Source: Macrostomum hystrix (lineage: Eukaryota > Animalia > Platyhelminthes). Taken from it: 64,000 nt of DNA. How positions within the stretch are numbered: position 1 is the first letter of the stretch; each line of letters begins with the position of its first letter. The stretch is taken from contig CATNEN010000014.1 of the NCBI GenBank assembly GCA_950097015.1, positions 2,170,001 through 2,234,000 of the forward strand, written 5' to 3'. The position numbers and the translations under genes were made by a program. Shown in pieces: positions 33,858-46,100 of the stretch. The notes under the pieces were generated by a model. That model was given only the letters and a program-made list of their open reading frames with translations, made no database searches and had not been told where the DNA came from.

Positions 33858-34712
33858 CGATCAGTTTATTCAGATATCGATCGGTTTATTCAGATATCGA
33901 TCGGTTTATTCAGATATCGATCGGTTTATTCAGATACCGATCGGTTTATTCAGATATCGATCGGTTTATTCAGATATCGATCGGTTTATTCAGATATCAA
34001 TCGGTTTATTCAGATATCGATCGGTTTTTTCAGATATCGATCGGTTTAGTCAGATATCCATCGGTTTATTCAGATATCGATCAGTTTATTCAGATATCGA
34101 TCGGTTTATTCAGATATCGATCGTATTATTCAGATATCGATCAGTTTATTCAGACATCGATCGGTTTATTCAGATATCGATCGGTTTATTCAGATATCGA
34201 TCGGTTTATTCAAATATCGATCGGTTTATTCAGATATCGATCGGTTTATTCAGATATCGATCGGTTTATTCAGATATCGATCGGTTTATTCAGACATCGA
34301 TCAGTTTATTCAGATATCGATCGGTTTATTCAGATATCGATCGGTTTTTTCAGATACCGATCGGTTTATTCAGATATCGATCGGTTTATTCAGATATCGA
34401 TCGGTTTATTCAGATATCGATCGGTTTATTCAGATATCGATCGGTTTATTCAGATATCGATCGGTTTATTCAGATATCGATCAGTTTATTCAGATATCGA
34501 TCGGTTTATTCAGATATCGATCAGTTTATTCAGATATCGATCGGTTTATTCAGATATCGATCGGTTTTTTTCAGATATCGATCAGTTTATTCAGATATCG
34601 ATCAGTTTATTCAGATATCGATCAGTTTATTTAGATACCGATCGGTTTATTTAGATACCGATCGGTTTATTCAGATATCGATCGGTTTATTCAGATATCG
34701 ATCGGTTTATCC
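33858..34712. repeat. 20-bp minisatellite (GATATCGATCGGTTTATTCA), about 43 copies
   Basis: Direct inspection. Confidence 0.96.
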
Positions 34713-35220
34713 AGATGTTAATGCTTACGTAAATCCAATGCATATGTTCACATATTGAGGCTCAGAGCTGGTTTCAGGCTTATAAGCTCATCCGAGTAAA
34801 CACAGTCACTGAGAAAACTCAATTCACACATCAAATCAGCGAGTTAATCTAGAATGGGGTCAGCAGACTTGTTCTCCGTCAGTCATCGCTAATCCCGACC
34901 GGCTCAATACGCGCAGGTGGCTCAGGTGCTCTGAGGTAACTCTCGCGTATTTATTTTTAATCCACCCGAGCAGGTGCTTCAGTGTGCCGCTTTTTTAGTA
35001 ACCAACGCATCTCTGGGTGATTTTTCCGAGCGGCGTGGAATATTTAGAATTGGGAATGGACTGACAGATAAAAATAGAGATGGAAAGAGTGACAGAGATT
35101 GAGAGAGAGGGAGAGAGAGGGAGAGAGAGGAGAGAGGACACTGCACATTGAATTTCAAAAATCTAATGTTGGAATCGATTCCGATATGTATCGAAAAAAT
35201 TGAAATCAGGATACGAACCA

Positions 35221-35273
35221 AGGCAACTCCAGACGCGTTTCAACTCCAGGAGCTCATCAGTAGAGTCTAGCCT
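35221..35273 (-). ncRNA. candidate type I hammerhead ribozyme with minimal stem III (possibly degenerate)
   Basis: Minus strand: AGGC-UA-GACUCUA CUGAUGA GCUCCUGGAGUU GAAAC GC GUC^ UGGAGUU GCCU. Both catalytic-core strings are exact; stem I is 7 bp (2 G-U) plus a 4-bp extension; stem II is imperfect (extra U before GAAA). Confidence 0.55.
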
Positions 35274-35427
35274 AGCACTCTACGAGTGCCATTAGGCTAT
35301 AGGCGCTTGTTCAAATCCAGCTTTCAATCTCAACATATTGTAATCGATTCGGCAGCGCCCCTCAACTCAATCCATACTCACTCAACTCCGTGGCACTGAC
35401 TCGGTCGTACGAGACGCCGGTGCTGGC

Positions 35428-36056
35428 CTGAGAGAGAGGGAGAGAGGGGGAGAGAGCGAGAGAGGGAGGGAGAGCGAGAGAGGGAGAGAGAGGGAGAGGG
35501 AGGGAGAGCGAGAGAGGGAGAGAGAGGGAGAGAGGGGGAGAGAGGGGGGAGAGAGGGGGAGAGAGCGAGAGAGGGAGGGAGAGCGAGAGAGGGAGAGAGA
35601 GGGAGAGAGAGCAAGAGAGGGGGAGAGCGAGAGAGGGAGAGAGAGGGAGAGGGAGGGAGAGCGAGAGAGGGAGAGAGAGGGAGAGAGGGGGAGAGAGGGG
35701 GGAGAGAGGGAGAGAGAGCAAGAGAGGGGGAGAGCGAGAGAGGGGGGAGAGAGGGGGAGAGAGCGAGAGAGGGAGAGGGGGAGAGATGGAGAGAGAGGGA
35801 GAGAGAGCGAGAGAGGGGGAGAGAGCGAGAGAGGGAGAGGGGGGAGAGATGGAGAGAGAGGGAGAGAGAGCGAGAGAGGGGGAGAGAGCGAGAGAGGGAG
35901 AGGGGGGAGATCGAGAGAGAGCGAGAGAGGGAGAGAGAGGGAGAGAGGGAGAGGGGGGAGAGATGGAGAGAGAGGGAGAGAGAGCGAGAGAGGGGGAGAG
36001 AGCGAGAGAGGGAGAGGGGGGAGAGATGGAGAGAGAGGGGGAGAGAGCGAGAGAGA
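35428..36056. repeat. GA-rich low-complexity microsatellite
   Basis: Direct inspection. Confidence 0.95.
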
Positions 36057-36824
36057 CCGGTCTGAATGTACTTAAAACGGAATAAGCGAGCGAAAATCAA
36101 CTTAAAAAGGTGAGCGAGGTAAGCGCAAATAAAACGGCAGGTGTCCCAATAGAAAAAATAGGAAATTGTGCACGGGAACCGAACACGGCGTCAGGTAATA
36201 AAAATTAATAAAGTAATAATTTGAAATTTAAGAGGGTGAGAGGGAGCGAGAGGTAGAGAGGTAGAGAGGGAGAGGCTGTAAAGATGTCTCGTGTGCGTAT
36301 CATTTTTGATCCAGAATAGGACCGGAGAGGGAGAAAATGGGTGGGAATACAATGAAAGTGGCGCAGGTGAATGTAGCGAGCCGCGCCTTGAACTTCCAGC
36401 AGCTGCGAGCGAAATGGGACGGGAAAAAGCGCGGCTCGAATGTTCCCATGGGGAGGAGTGACGGAGCATGCAAAGAAGGCCTTCCGAACCTCCATGGCTC
36501 CATCTCGGTCAGTCCGAGAGTCCTCTGAAGTTGCCCGACTTAATGCTTAGAAGTGATTCGACCTGCCATAGGCAATCATCTAACACGCCGACTTATCCGG
36601 TGCACCTTTAGGGTTGGGCCCGGCTGGGTATGCCAGCGAATTGAGACCGAGTGGCCACCGCCCTGTCAGTTGCTAGGCAGCTTTCGTTGAAAGGCACGAA
36701 CTAAATGCTGAGCAGTTTTTCCTAGCCTTCATTATTTGTACCAGTTCTGCAGCTGTCACATCCCCATGACCTTTGTTGCTGGCGGAACTGCACACATTTA
36801 ACCAGACATTAGCTTCAGTAATTA

Positions 36825-39532
36825 GCTCGTTAGCTCATCGCCTCATTAGCTTCAGCAATGGCCTCAGGTGGCCTCATTAGCTTCAGTAATAGCCTCAGGT
36901 AGCCTCATTAGCTTCAGTAATGGCCTCAGGTAGCCTCATTAGCTTCAGTAATAGCCTCAGGTTTCCTTATTACCTTCAGTTATGGCCTCAGGTGGCCCCA
37001 TTAGCTTCATTAATAGCCTCAGGTGGCCTCATTAGCTTCAGTAATAGCCTCAGGTGGCCACATTAGCTTCATTAATAGCCTCAGGTGGCCTTATTAGCTT
37101 CATTAATAGCCTCAGGTGGCCTCATTAGCTTCATTAATAGCCTCAGGTGGCCTCATTAGCTTCATTAATAGCCTCAGGTGGCCTCATTAGCTTCAGTAAT
37201 AGCCTCAGGTGGCCTCATTAGCTTCATTAATAGCCTCAGGTGGCCTCATTAGCTTCATTAATAGCCTCAGGTGGCCTCATTAGCTTCATTAATAGCCTCA
37301 GGTGGCCTCATTAGCTTCATTAATAGCCTCAGGTGGCCTCATTAGCTTCAGTAATAGCCTCAGGTGGCCTCATTAGCTTCAGTAATAGCCTCAGGTGGCC
37401 TCATTAGCTTCATTAATAGCCTCAGGTGGCCTCATTAGCTTCATTAATAGCCTCAGGTGGCCTCATTAGCTTCATTAATAGCCTCAGGTGGCCTCATTAG
37501 CTTCAGTAATAGCCTCAGGTGGCCTTATTAGCTTCAGTAATAGCCTCAGGTGGCCTCATTAGCTTCAGTAATAGCCTCAGGTGGCCTCATTAGCTTCAGT
37601 AATAGCCTCAGGTAGCCTCATTAGCTTCAGTAATGGCCTCAGGTAGCCTCATTAGCTTCAGTAATAGCCTCAGGTTTCCTTATTACCTTCAGTTATGGCC
37701 TCAGGTGGCCCCATTAGCTTCATTAATAGCCTCAGGTGGCCTCATTAGCTTCAGTAATAGCCTCAGGTGGCCACATTAGCTTCATTAATAGCCTCAGGTG
37801 GCCTCATTAGCTTCATTAATAGCCTCAGGTGGCCTCATTAGCTTCATTAATAGCCTCAGGTGGCCTCATTAGCTTCATTAATAGCCTCAGGTGGCCTCAT
37901 TAGCTTCAGTAATAGCCTCAGGTGGCCTCATTAGCTTCATTAATAGCCTCAGGTGGCCTCATTAGCTTCATTAATAGCCTCAGGTGGCCTCATTAGCTTC
38001 ATTAATAGCCTCAGGTGGCCTCATTAGCTTCATTAATAGCCTCAGGTGGCCTCATTAGCTTCAGTAATAGCCTCAGGTGGCCTCATTAGCTTCAGTAATA
38101 GCCTCAGGTGGCCTCATTAGCTTCAGTAATAGCCTAGGTGGCGACATTAGCTTCAGTAATAGCCTCAGGTGGCCTTATTAGCTTCAGTAATAGCCTCAGG
38201 TAGCCTCATTAGCTTCAGTAATGCCCTCAGGTAGCCTCATTAGCTTCAGTAATAGCCTCAGGTTTCCTTATTACCTTCAGTTGTGGCCTCAGGTGGCCCC
38301 ATTAGCTTCATTAATAGCCTCAGGTGGCCTCATTAGCTTCAGTAATAGCCTCAGGTGGCCACATTAGCTTCATTATTAGCCTCAGGTGGCCTCATTAGCT
38401 TCATTAATAGCCTCAGGTGGCCTCATTAGCTTCATTAATAGCCTCAGGTGGCCTCATTAGCTTCAGTAATAGCCTGAGGTGGCCTCATTAGCTTCAGTAA
38501 TAGCCTCAGGTGGCCACATTAGCTTCATTAATAGCCTCAGGTGGCCTCATTAGCTTCATTAATAGCCTCAGGTGGCCTCATTAGCTTCAGTAATAGCCTC
38601 AGGTGGCCTCATTAGCTTCATTAATAGCCTCAGGTGGCCTCATTAGCTTCAGTAATAGCCTCAGGTGGCCACATTAGCTTCATTAATAGCCTCAGGTGGC
38701 CACATTAGCTTCATTAATAGCCTCAGGTGGCCTCATTAGCTTCAGTAATAGCCTCAGGTGGCCTCATTAGCTTCAGTAATAGCCTCAGGTGGCCTCATTG
38801 GCTTTATTAATAGCCTCAGGTGGCCTTATTAGCTTCAGTAATAGCCTCAGGTGGCCTCATTAGCTTCAGTAATAGCCTCAGGTGGCCTCATTAGCTTCAG
38901 TAATAGCCTCAGGTGGCCACATTAGCTTCAGTAATAGCCTCAGGTGGCCTCATTAGCTTCAGTAATAGCCTCAGGTGGCCACATTAGCTTCATTAATAGC
39001 CTCAGGTGGCCACATTAGCTTCATTAATAGCCTCAGGTGGCCTCATTAGCTTCAGTAATAGCCTCAGGTGGCCTCATTAGCTTCAGTAATAGCCTCAGGT
39101 AGCCTCATTAGCTTCAGTAATAGCCTCAGGTGGCCACATTAGCTTCAGTAATAGCCTCAGGTGGCCTCATTAGCTTCAGTAATAGCCTCAGGTGGCCTCA
39201 TTAGCTTCAGTAATAGCCTCAGGTGGCCTCATTAGCTTCAGTAATAGCCTCAGGTGGCCTCATTAGCTTCAGTAATAGCCTCAGGTGGCCTCATTAGCTT
39301 CAGTAATAGCCTCAGGTGGCCTCATTAGCTTCAGTAATAGCCTAGGTGGCGACATTAGCTTCAGTAATAGCCTCAGGTGGCCTCATTAGCTTCAGTAATA
39401 GCCTCAGGTGGCCTCATTAGCTTCAGTAATAGCCTCAAGTGGCCTCATTAGCTGCAGCAATGGCCTCAGGTGGCCTCATTAGCTTCAGCAATGGCCTCAG
39501 GTGGCCTCATTAGCTTCAGTAATAGCCTCAGG
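36825..39532. repeat. 31-bp satellite (TAGCCTCAGGTGGCCTCATTAGCTTCAGTAA), about 87 copies, with higher-order duplication
   Basis: Variant GTTTCCTTATTACC recurs at 36961, 37674 and 38262 (713 bp = 23 units; 588 bp = 19 units minus 1 bp). Confidence 0.97.
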
Positions 39533-40179
39533 TCCCGCAATGTCATTACTCGTTACAGGCTTGGCAGCTTAGCTAAAGTGGGCTATTGCAGCAGAGCTGT
39601 GCATTCCATTGCCTAGAAAGCTAATCAGTGACTGCACGTGCTCACAGCATGGCTGTGAGCATTAGCTGTAAATACAGCTCGGTTGAGCACAGCTAGTGCA
39701 TAGCAGTCTAGCCAGAATAATTGCCTGTGCTGCATTCAGCTCTTCCCTTTTATGGAGGCTGATTTAGGAAGCATTTTCCGTGCCGATCGAGCCTTTAAAA
39801 AAACAAATTTCCTGGCCGCCCAGGGCCGGTATTTTTAGCTGCCTTTCGCAGCCTTATCTTATTCTCACCTGTTAGCATCAGACTGGCCACCTGTTGCTAG
39901 CCAGGGATTTCAATTTCTAATTCGATAAAGATGGACTTGGAAAGAATTCATTTCCGATTTTAACAGGCGAGTTTTGCGACGAAAATAATAGCAAACTCCA
40001 GCATGTCAACAAACAGACGGCCAGACTGCCCACAGCCCACGCAGATACGCTAACAGTCCTTTTTGGATCAGAGGAAATAATTCTCACTGGGTATACACAG
40101 TTTACTGACCACTTTATATCTTTCGAATTACCCCACTGCGCCGCAATTCCTCATGTGCACATGGCCTTTTAAAAGCCCG

Positions 40180-40545
40180 CAACCTCTCTCACTCCAAACG
40201 TACATCAGGCCTGCCTTAAATAAAGCACCACCCTCTCACTCCAAATGTACATCAGGCCTTGAATAAAACACCACCCCTCTCACTCCAAATGTACATCAGG
40301 CCTTGAATAACCCGCCACCCTCTAACTCCAAATGTACATCAGGCTTTGAATAAAACATCACCCCTCTCACTCCAAATGTACGTCAGGCTTTGAATAAAAC
40401 ATCACCCCTCTCACTCCAAATGTACGTCAGGCTTTGAATAAAACATCACCCCTCTCACTCCAAATGTACATCAGGCTTTGAATAAAACATCACCCCTCTC
40501 ACTCCAAATGTACATCAGGCTTTGAATAAAACATCACCCCTCTCA
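40180..40545. repeat. 44-bp minisatellite (CACCCCTCTCACTCCAAATGTACATCAGGCTTTGAATAAAACAT), about 8 copies
   Basis: Direct inspection. Confidence 0.92.
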
Positions 40546-41081
40546 ATAAAAATGAACACAAGGCCTCTAATAACCCAGTATTTGTGTATTTTAGCAATCT
40601 TGTATTTCACTTTGCGTAAAAAAAAATTGCCGATTTGCATAAGACGCATTGAAGCTGAGAAAAGCCAAAATCTTTTGCAGGAACCTTGATTGATAGAAAA
40701 AAATCAAAAACTTTCATAAGCAGACAGTTTTGTGCACGAACAATGGGTGAATGCAGCAGTGCCATTTAGCAATGCTTTTTGGGGACTAAAATAAGAGCAG
40801 GAAATCTGCAGAATCATGCCGCATTACTGACCAGCTCACACGAGCAGTAGTGTGTGCAGTTTGTTAAAGCTACTGTAATATGTCATTTGAGCAGCTAATA
40901 GGCTGTGCGAGAGCGTGAGCACGCAGTCTAGAGAACTCATTGGTAGTAAGAAATCATTTATTGAAAGCGGAATGCGACAAGTGAATTGCAAAATCACGAC
41001 TTGGGAGATTTACAGGGCTACACTAGAGACAGGATTTTCGGCTGGACTGAGAGCAGATAACGAAAAGGCAGCGTTCGGTCT

Positions 41082-43078
41082 CACTGACTGACTCACTGAC
41101 TCACTGAACCCACTGACCCACTGACTCACTGACCAACTGACCCACTGACTCACTGACCCACTGACTCACTGAACCCACTGACCCACTGACTCACTGACCA
41201 ACTGACCCACTGACTCACTGACCAACTGACCCACTGACTCACTGACTCACTGAACCCACTGACCCACTGACTCACTGACTCACTGAACCCACTGACCTAC
41301 TGACTCACTGACTCACTGAACCCACTGACCCACTGACTCACTGAACCCACTGACCTACTGACTCACTGAACCCAATGACCTACTGACTCACTGAACCCAC
41401 TGACCTACTGACTCACTGACCCACTGACCTACTGACTCACTGAACCCACTGACCTACTGACTCACTGACCCACTGACTCACTGACCCACTGACTCACTGA
41501 ACCCACTGACCCACTGACTCACTGACCAACTGACCCACTGACTCACTGAACCCACTGACCTACTGACTCACTGAACCCACTGACCTACTGACTCACTGAC
41601 CCACTGACTCACTGACCCACTGACTCACTGAACCCACTGACCCACTGACTCACTGACCAACTGACCCACTGACTCACTGAACCCACTGACCTACTGACTC
41701 ACTGAACCCACTGACCTACTGACTCACTGAGCAACTGACTCACTGACCCACTGACTCACTGACCAACTGACCCACTGACCAACTGAACCTACTGACCTAC
41801 TGAGTCACTGACTCACTGACTCACTGACCAACTGACCCACTGACCTACTGACCTACTGACTCACTGAACCCACTGACCCACTGACTCACTGACCCACTGA
41901 CTCACTGACCCACTGACTCACTGACCCACTGACTCACTGACCCACTGACTCACTGACTCACTGACTCACTGACCCACTGACTCACTGACCCACTGACTCA
42001 CTGACCCACTGACTCACTGACCCACTGACTCACTGACCCACTGACTCACTGACCAACTGACCCACTGACCCACTGACTCACTGACCCACTGACTCACTGA
42101 CCCACTGACCCACTGACCCACTGACTCACTGACCCACTGACTCACTGACCCACTGACTCACTGACCCACTGACTCACTGACCAACTGACCCACTGACCAA
42201 CTGAACCTACTGACCTACTGAGTCACTGACTCACTGACTCACTGACCAACTGACCCACTGACCTACTGACCTACTGACTCACTGAACCCACTGACTCACT
42301 GACCCACTGACTCACTGACCAACTGACCCACTGACTCACTGAACCCACTGACCGACTGACTCACTGACCCACTGACTCACTGAACAACTGACCCACTGAC
42401 TCACTGACTCACTGAACCCACTGACTCACTGACTCACTGACCCACTGACTCACTGACCCACTGACTCACTGACTCACTGACCCACTGACTCACTGACTCA
42501 CTGACTCACTGACTCACTGACTCACTGACCCACTGACTCACTGAACCCACTGACTCACTGACTCACTGACCCACTGACTCACTGACCCACTGACTCACTG
42601 ACTCACTGACTCACTGACTCACTGACTCACTGACTCACTGACTCACTGAACCCACTGACTCACTGACTCACTGACCCACTGACTCACTGACCCACTGACT
42701 CACTGACTCACTGACCCACTGACTCACTGACTCACTGACTCACTGACCCACTGACTCACTGACTCACTGACCCACTGACTCACTGACTCACTGAACCCAC
42801 TGACTCACTGACTCACTGACCAACTGACCCACTGACTCACTGACTCACTGAACCCACTGACCCACAGACTCACTGACCAACTGACCCACTGACCCACTGA
42901 CCCATTGACTCACTGACTCACTGACTCACTGAACCCACTGACTCACTGACTCACTGACCAACTGACCCACTGACTCACTGACTCACTGAACCCACTGACC
43001 CACAGACTCACTGACCAACTGACCCACTGACCCATTGACTCACTGACTCACTGACTCACTGACCCACTGGCTCACTCA
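41082..43078. repeat. 8-bp-based array (CTGACTCA / CTGACCCA variants), about 2 kb; probably the body of a 3'-UTR intron of the ZDHHC gene
   Basis: Direct inspection. On the minus strand it is bounded by donor GTATGAGT (43081) and a pyrimidine tract plus CTCTCAG acceptor (41047). Confidence 0.95.
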
Positions 43079-43132
43079 TACAGTGAGTGATAGCTGTGAA
43101 TCGGTGGCATCTCCCAGTTGAGCAGCGGTGTT

Positions 43133-46100
43133 TCACGCCAGCCTGGCGCTGCTGCTGTCCAGGTCACCCAGCTCCAGCTGCGGGATGCCCAGCGCGCGCC
43201 GCAGCTCGGCCCGCCGCTCAGTCGGGAAGTTCGTTGTCGATGACGCGCTGGGCGGGCCAAATGACACGGACTGCAGGCTGCTGGCGGTGCTGTTGTTGCT
43301 GCTCAGCCAGGACGCGTCCAGTGCGCCGATGGACCTGGCTAGGGGGATGTCGGCGAGGTTAGTGGCTTCTGCTGCGCCGCCTTCGGCGTCCGAGTCCGCC
43401 GTTGGGCGAGACTGCGGCTTGGCGTCGGGCGCCGCTGAAGCAGCCAAACCTCCGGCCTGGCCGCTGATGCTGCTGCTACCGTTGCGGAACTTCAAAGGCT
43501 CGGTTTTAACTTGACTCACGGGCATTGTGGACAGCTCTGCAATGTGGTTGGTTTATTAAAGCCTTTATTTGGTTGCAGAGGGTTCAGGGCGGGTTGTACT
43601 TCTAATCGCGGCTGTCTCAAGGTTTTAGATGGACAATTAGGGTGTCCTAGGAAGAGATAAGGGTGTCCAAAGAGGGGCAGTATGGTGTCCAGAGGGATAG
43701 TAGGGAGTCCAGAGGGATAGTAGGATGTCAAGAGAGGGACAGCAGGATGTCTGGATAGGGCAGTAGGGTGTCCAGAGAGGGGCAGTAGGGTGTCCAGAGA
43801 GGGGCAGTAGGGTGTCCAGAGGGATAGTAAGGGTGTCCAGAGGGATAGTAGGGTGTCCAGAGGGATAGTAGGGTGTCCAGAGGGATAGTAAGGGTGTCCA
43901 GAGGGATAGCAAGGTGTCCAGAGGGATAGTAGGGTGTCCAGAGGGATAGTAGGGTGTCCAGAGGGATAGTAGGGTGTCCAGAGGGATAGTAGGGTGTCCA
44001 GAGGGATAGTAGAGTGTCCAGATGGATAGTAGGATGTCAAGAGAGGGGCAGCAGGATGTCTGGATAGGGCAGTAGGGTGTCCAGAGAGGGGCAGTAGGGT
44101 GTCCAGAGAGGGGCAGTAGGGTCTCCAGAGGGATAGTAGGGAGTCCAGAGGGATAGCTGGGTGTCCAGAGGGATAGTAGGGTGTCCAGAGGGATAGTAGG
44201 ATGTCCAGAGGGATAGTAAGGGTGTCCAGAGGGATAGTAGGGTGTCCAGAGGGATAGCAGGGTGTCCAGAGGGATAGTAGGGTGTCCAGAGGGATAGTAG
44301 GGTGTCCAGAGGGATAGCAGGGTGTCCAGAGGGATAGCAGGGTGTCCAGAGGGATAGTAGGGTGTCCAGAGGGATAGCAGGGTGTCCAGAGGGATAGTAG
44401 GGTGTCCAGAGGGATAGTAGGGTGTCCAGAGGGATAGTAGAGTGTCCAGATGGATAGTAGGATGTCAAGAGAGGGGCAGCAGGATGTCTGGATAGGGCAG
44501 TAGGGTGTCCAGAGAGGGGCAGTAGGGTGTCCAGAGAGGGGCAGTAGGGTGTCCAGAGAGGGACAGTAGAATGTCAGGTGAGAGGTGGTTGGGTGTCCAA
44601 AGACGCTATTATATATTTTGTTCTATAATCAAGCAGCTTTATTATGAGGCTAAATTGTTGTTTTTGTGAGGCCTAATGAAAGCAACACAGGCGCCTTTCC
44701 ATTTGTTAAAAAAGCGAAGCAGGGCCTAATGATGAAGGCAAGATTAAATTTCAGTTTCCATGTCAGCTACAAATTGAAGCCAGAATTGATGAGATGAGGC
44801 GCACGGACATGCTGCTTTGGGAATAATTTTGAACTCTAGTTGTAGATTGAGCAGTTTCAATGCTCTGATTATGTTCATGATTATGCTCAGTTCTGCCCTG
44901 ACAAGAGAAAATCATTATCGAATCTTCTCGCTCGCTTTCAGTCGCTTTCTTGCCAAGCTAAATTATGATTTTTTGGTTCTACCTTTACGTGCATTCAGGC
45001 CTAGAAAAAGGGTTGGATGATCGTAAATTATATGTCGATAGTTAATTCGATTATATTAAAAACACGAGTGTCTCATTTATACTTCCCGAGTTATGAGTGC
45101 AATATGATATGATATTAGGATATACTTGCCCATATAGTATTATAAAGATTATACATTCGCTGAGGACTGTTGCTAAGGACTGATTGATTACACCTGCCCT
45201 GATTACATCTGAAGGCTGCGTACAGCTGTTCAGTCCATGGACTGGTGGGACGCCACACCCGCCCTCAATTACTCCCCCAGCTGATGCTGGCACCCATTTA
45301 ACAGCTGGAAGAACTGAAGCATTGCAGGGTAAAGTGTCTTGCTAAAGGTCACAATTTTTCGGTGCGCAAGTCGGGAATCGAACCCCCGACCTTAAAGTCG
45401 TGAGTTCGACGTTCAACCACATGGCACATTTAAAGTACAAAAATCTGATTTGTTTGAGATTCTTCGTTTAACTAAAAAGATTAATGCTGTATTAAAAGGC
45501 CAATACTTTTCATGTGTTGCTGAATGATTCATTTCAGCAATTTCTCTCACCTTCTCCATCGGGGATGGTGGCCAGGGCGCCAACCGGAGCCGACACGGTC
45601 GCCAAAGATGGCAGCTCAGGCAGCGGTCGTTGTCGTTTCCTTCGTCGTCTCCTCCGCTTTCGATCGTCGGTTGGGTCGCCGCCCGTGTCTCCGTCGGCCA
45701 GTTCCGCATCGCCGGCCGCAGTCGGGTTCGTCGCGGCGTCGGCATCCTCGCTCAGCGGACGGTACGGCGGCTGGGAGAGCGGCAGCAACGACACCGGGGG
45801 CTGGCGGAAGGTCGGGGCGAGATTTCAGTGGCTGTCATCCCAAAATTCTCAGTGTTCAGAGTCGCAATGTCTCAAACTCACTTTTGACCTGGCATCTCCT
45901 GCCACGCTGTATTTGGCATCAGGCGCTGATGTCATCTCCAGATAGCCATTTTGCAAAATCCCAAGGCAGCTCGGCAGCTGCTGCTGCTGTTGCTTATCTT
46001 GCTGCTCATCTTCCCACCGGACCGTGTGAGGCGTGGGCGCCACTGAGTTTTTGCGCTAAAATTACATTTAGATAGCACGCGTTGAAATCTATTGGTTAAC

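Noticed and set aside
35382-35427. 46-nt minus-strand micro-exon candidate (ctctcag|GCCAGC...TTGA|gtgagt) after the GA array
   Set aside because: Splice signals are good, but the pyrimidine tract is simply the microsatellite and no partner exons were found.
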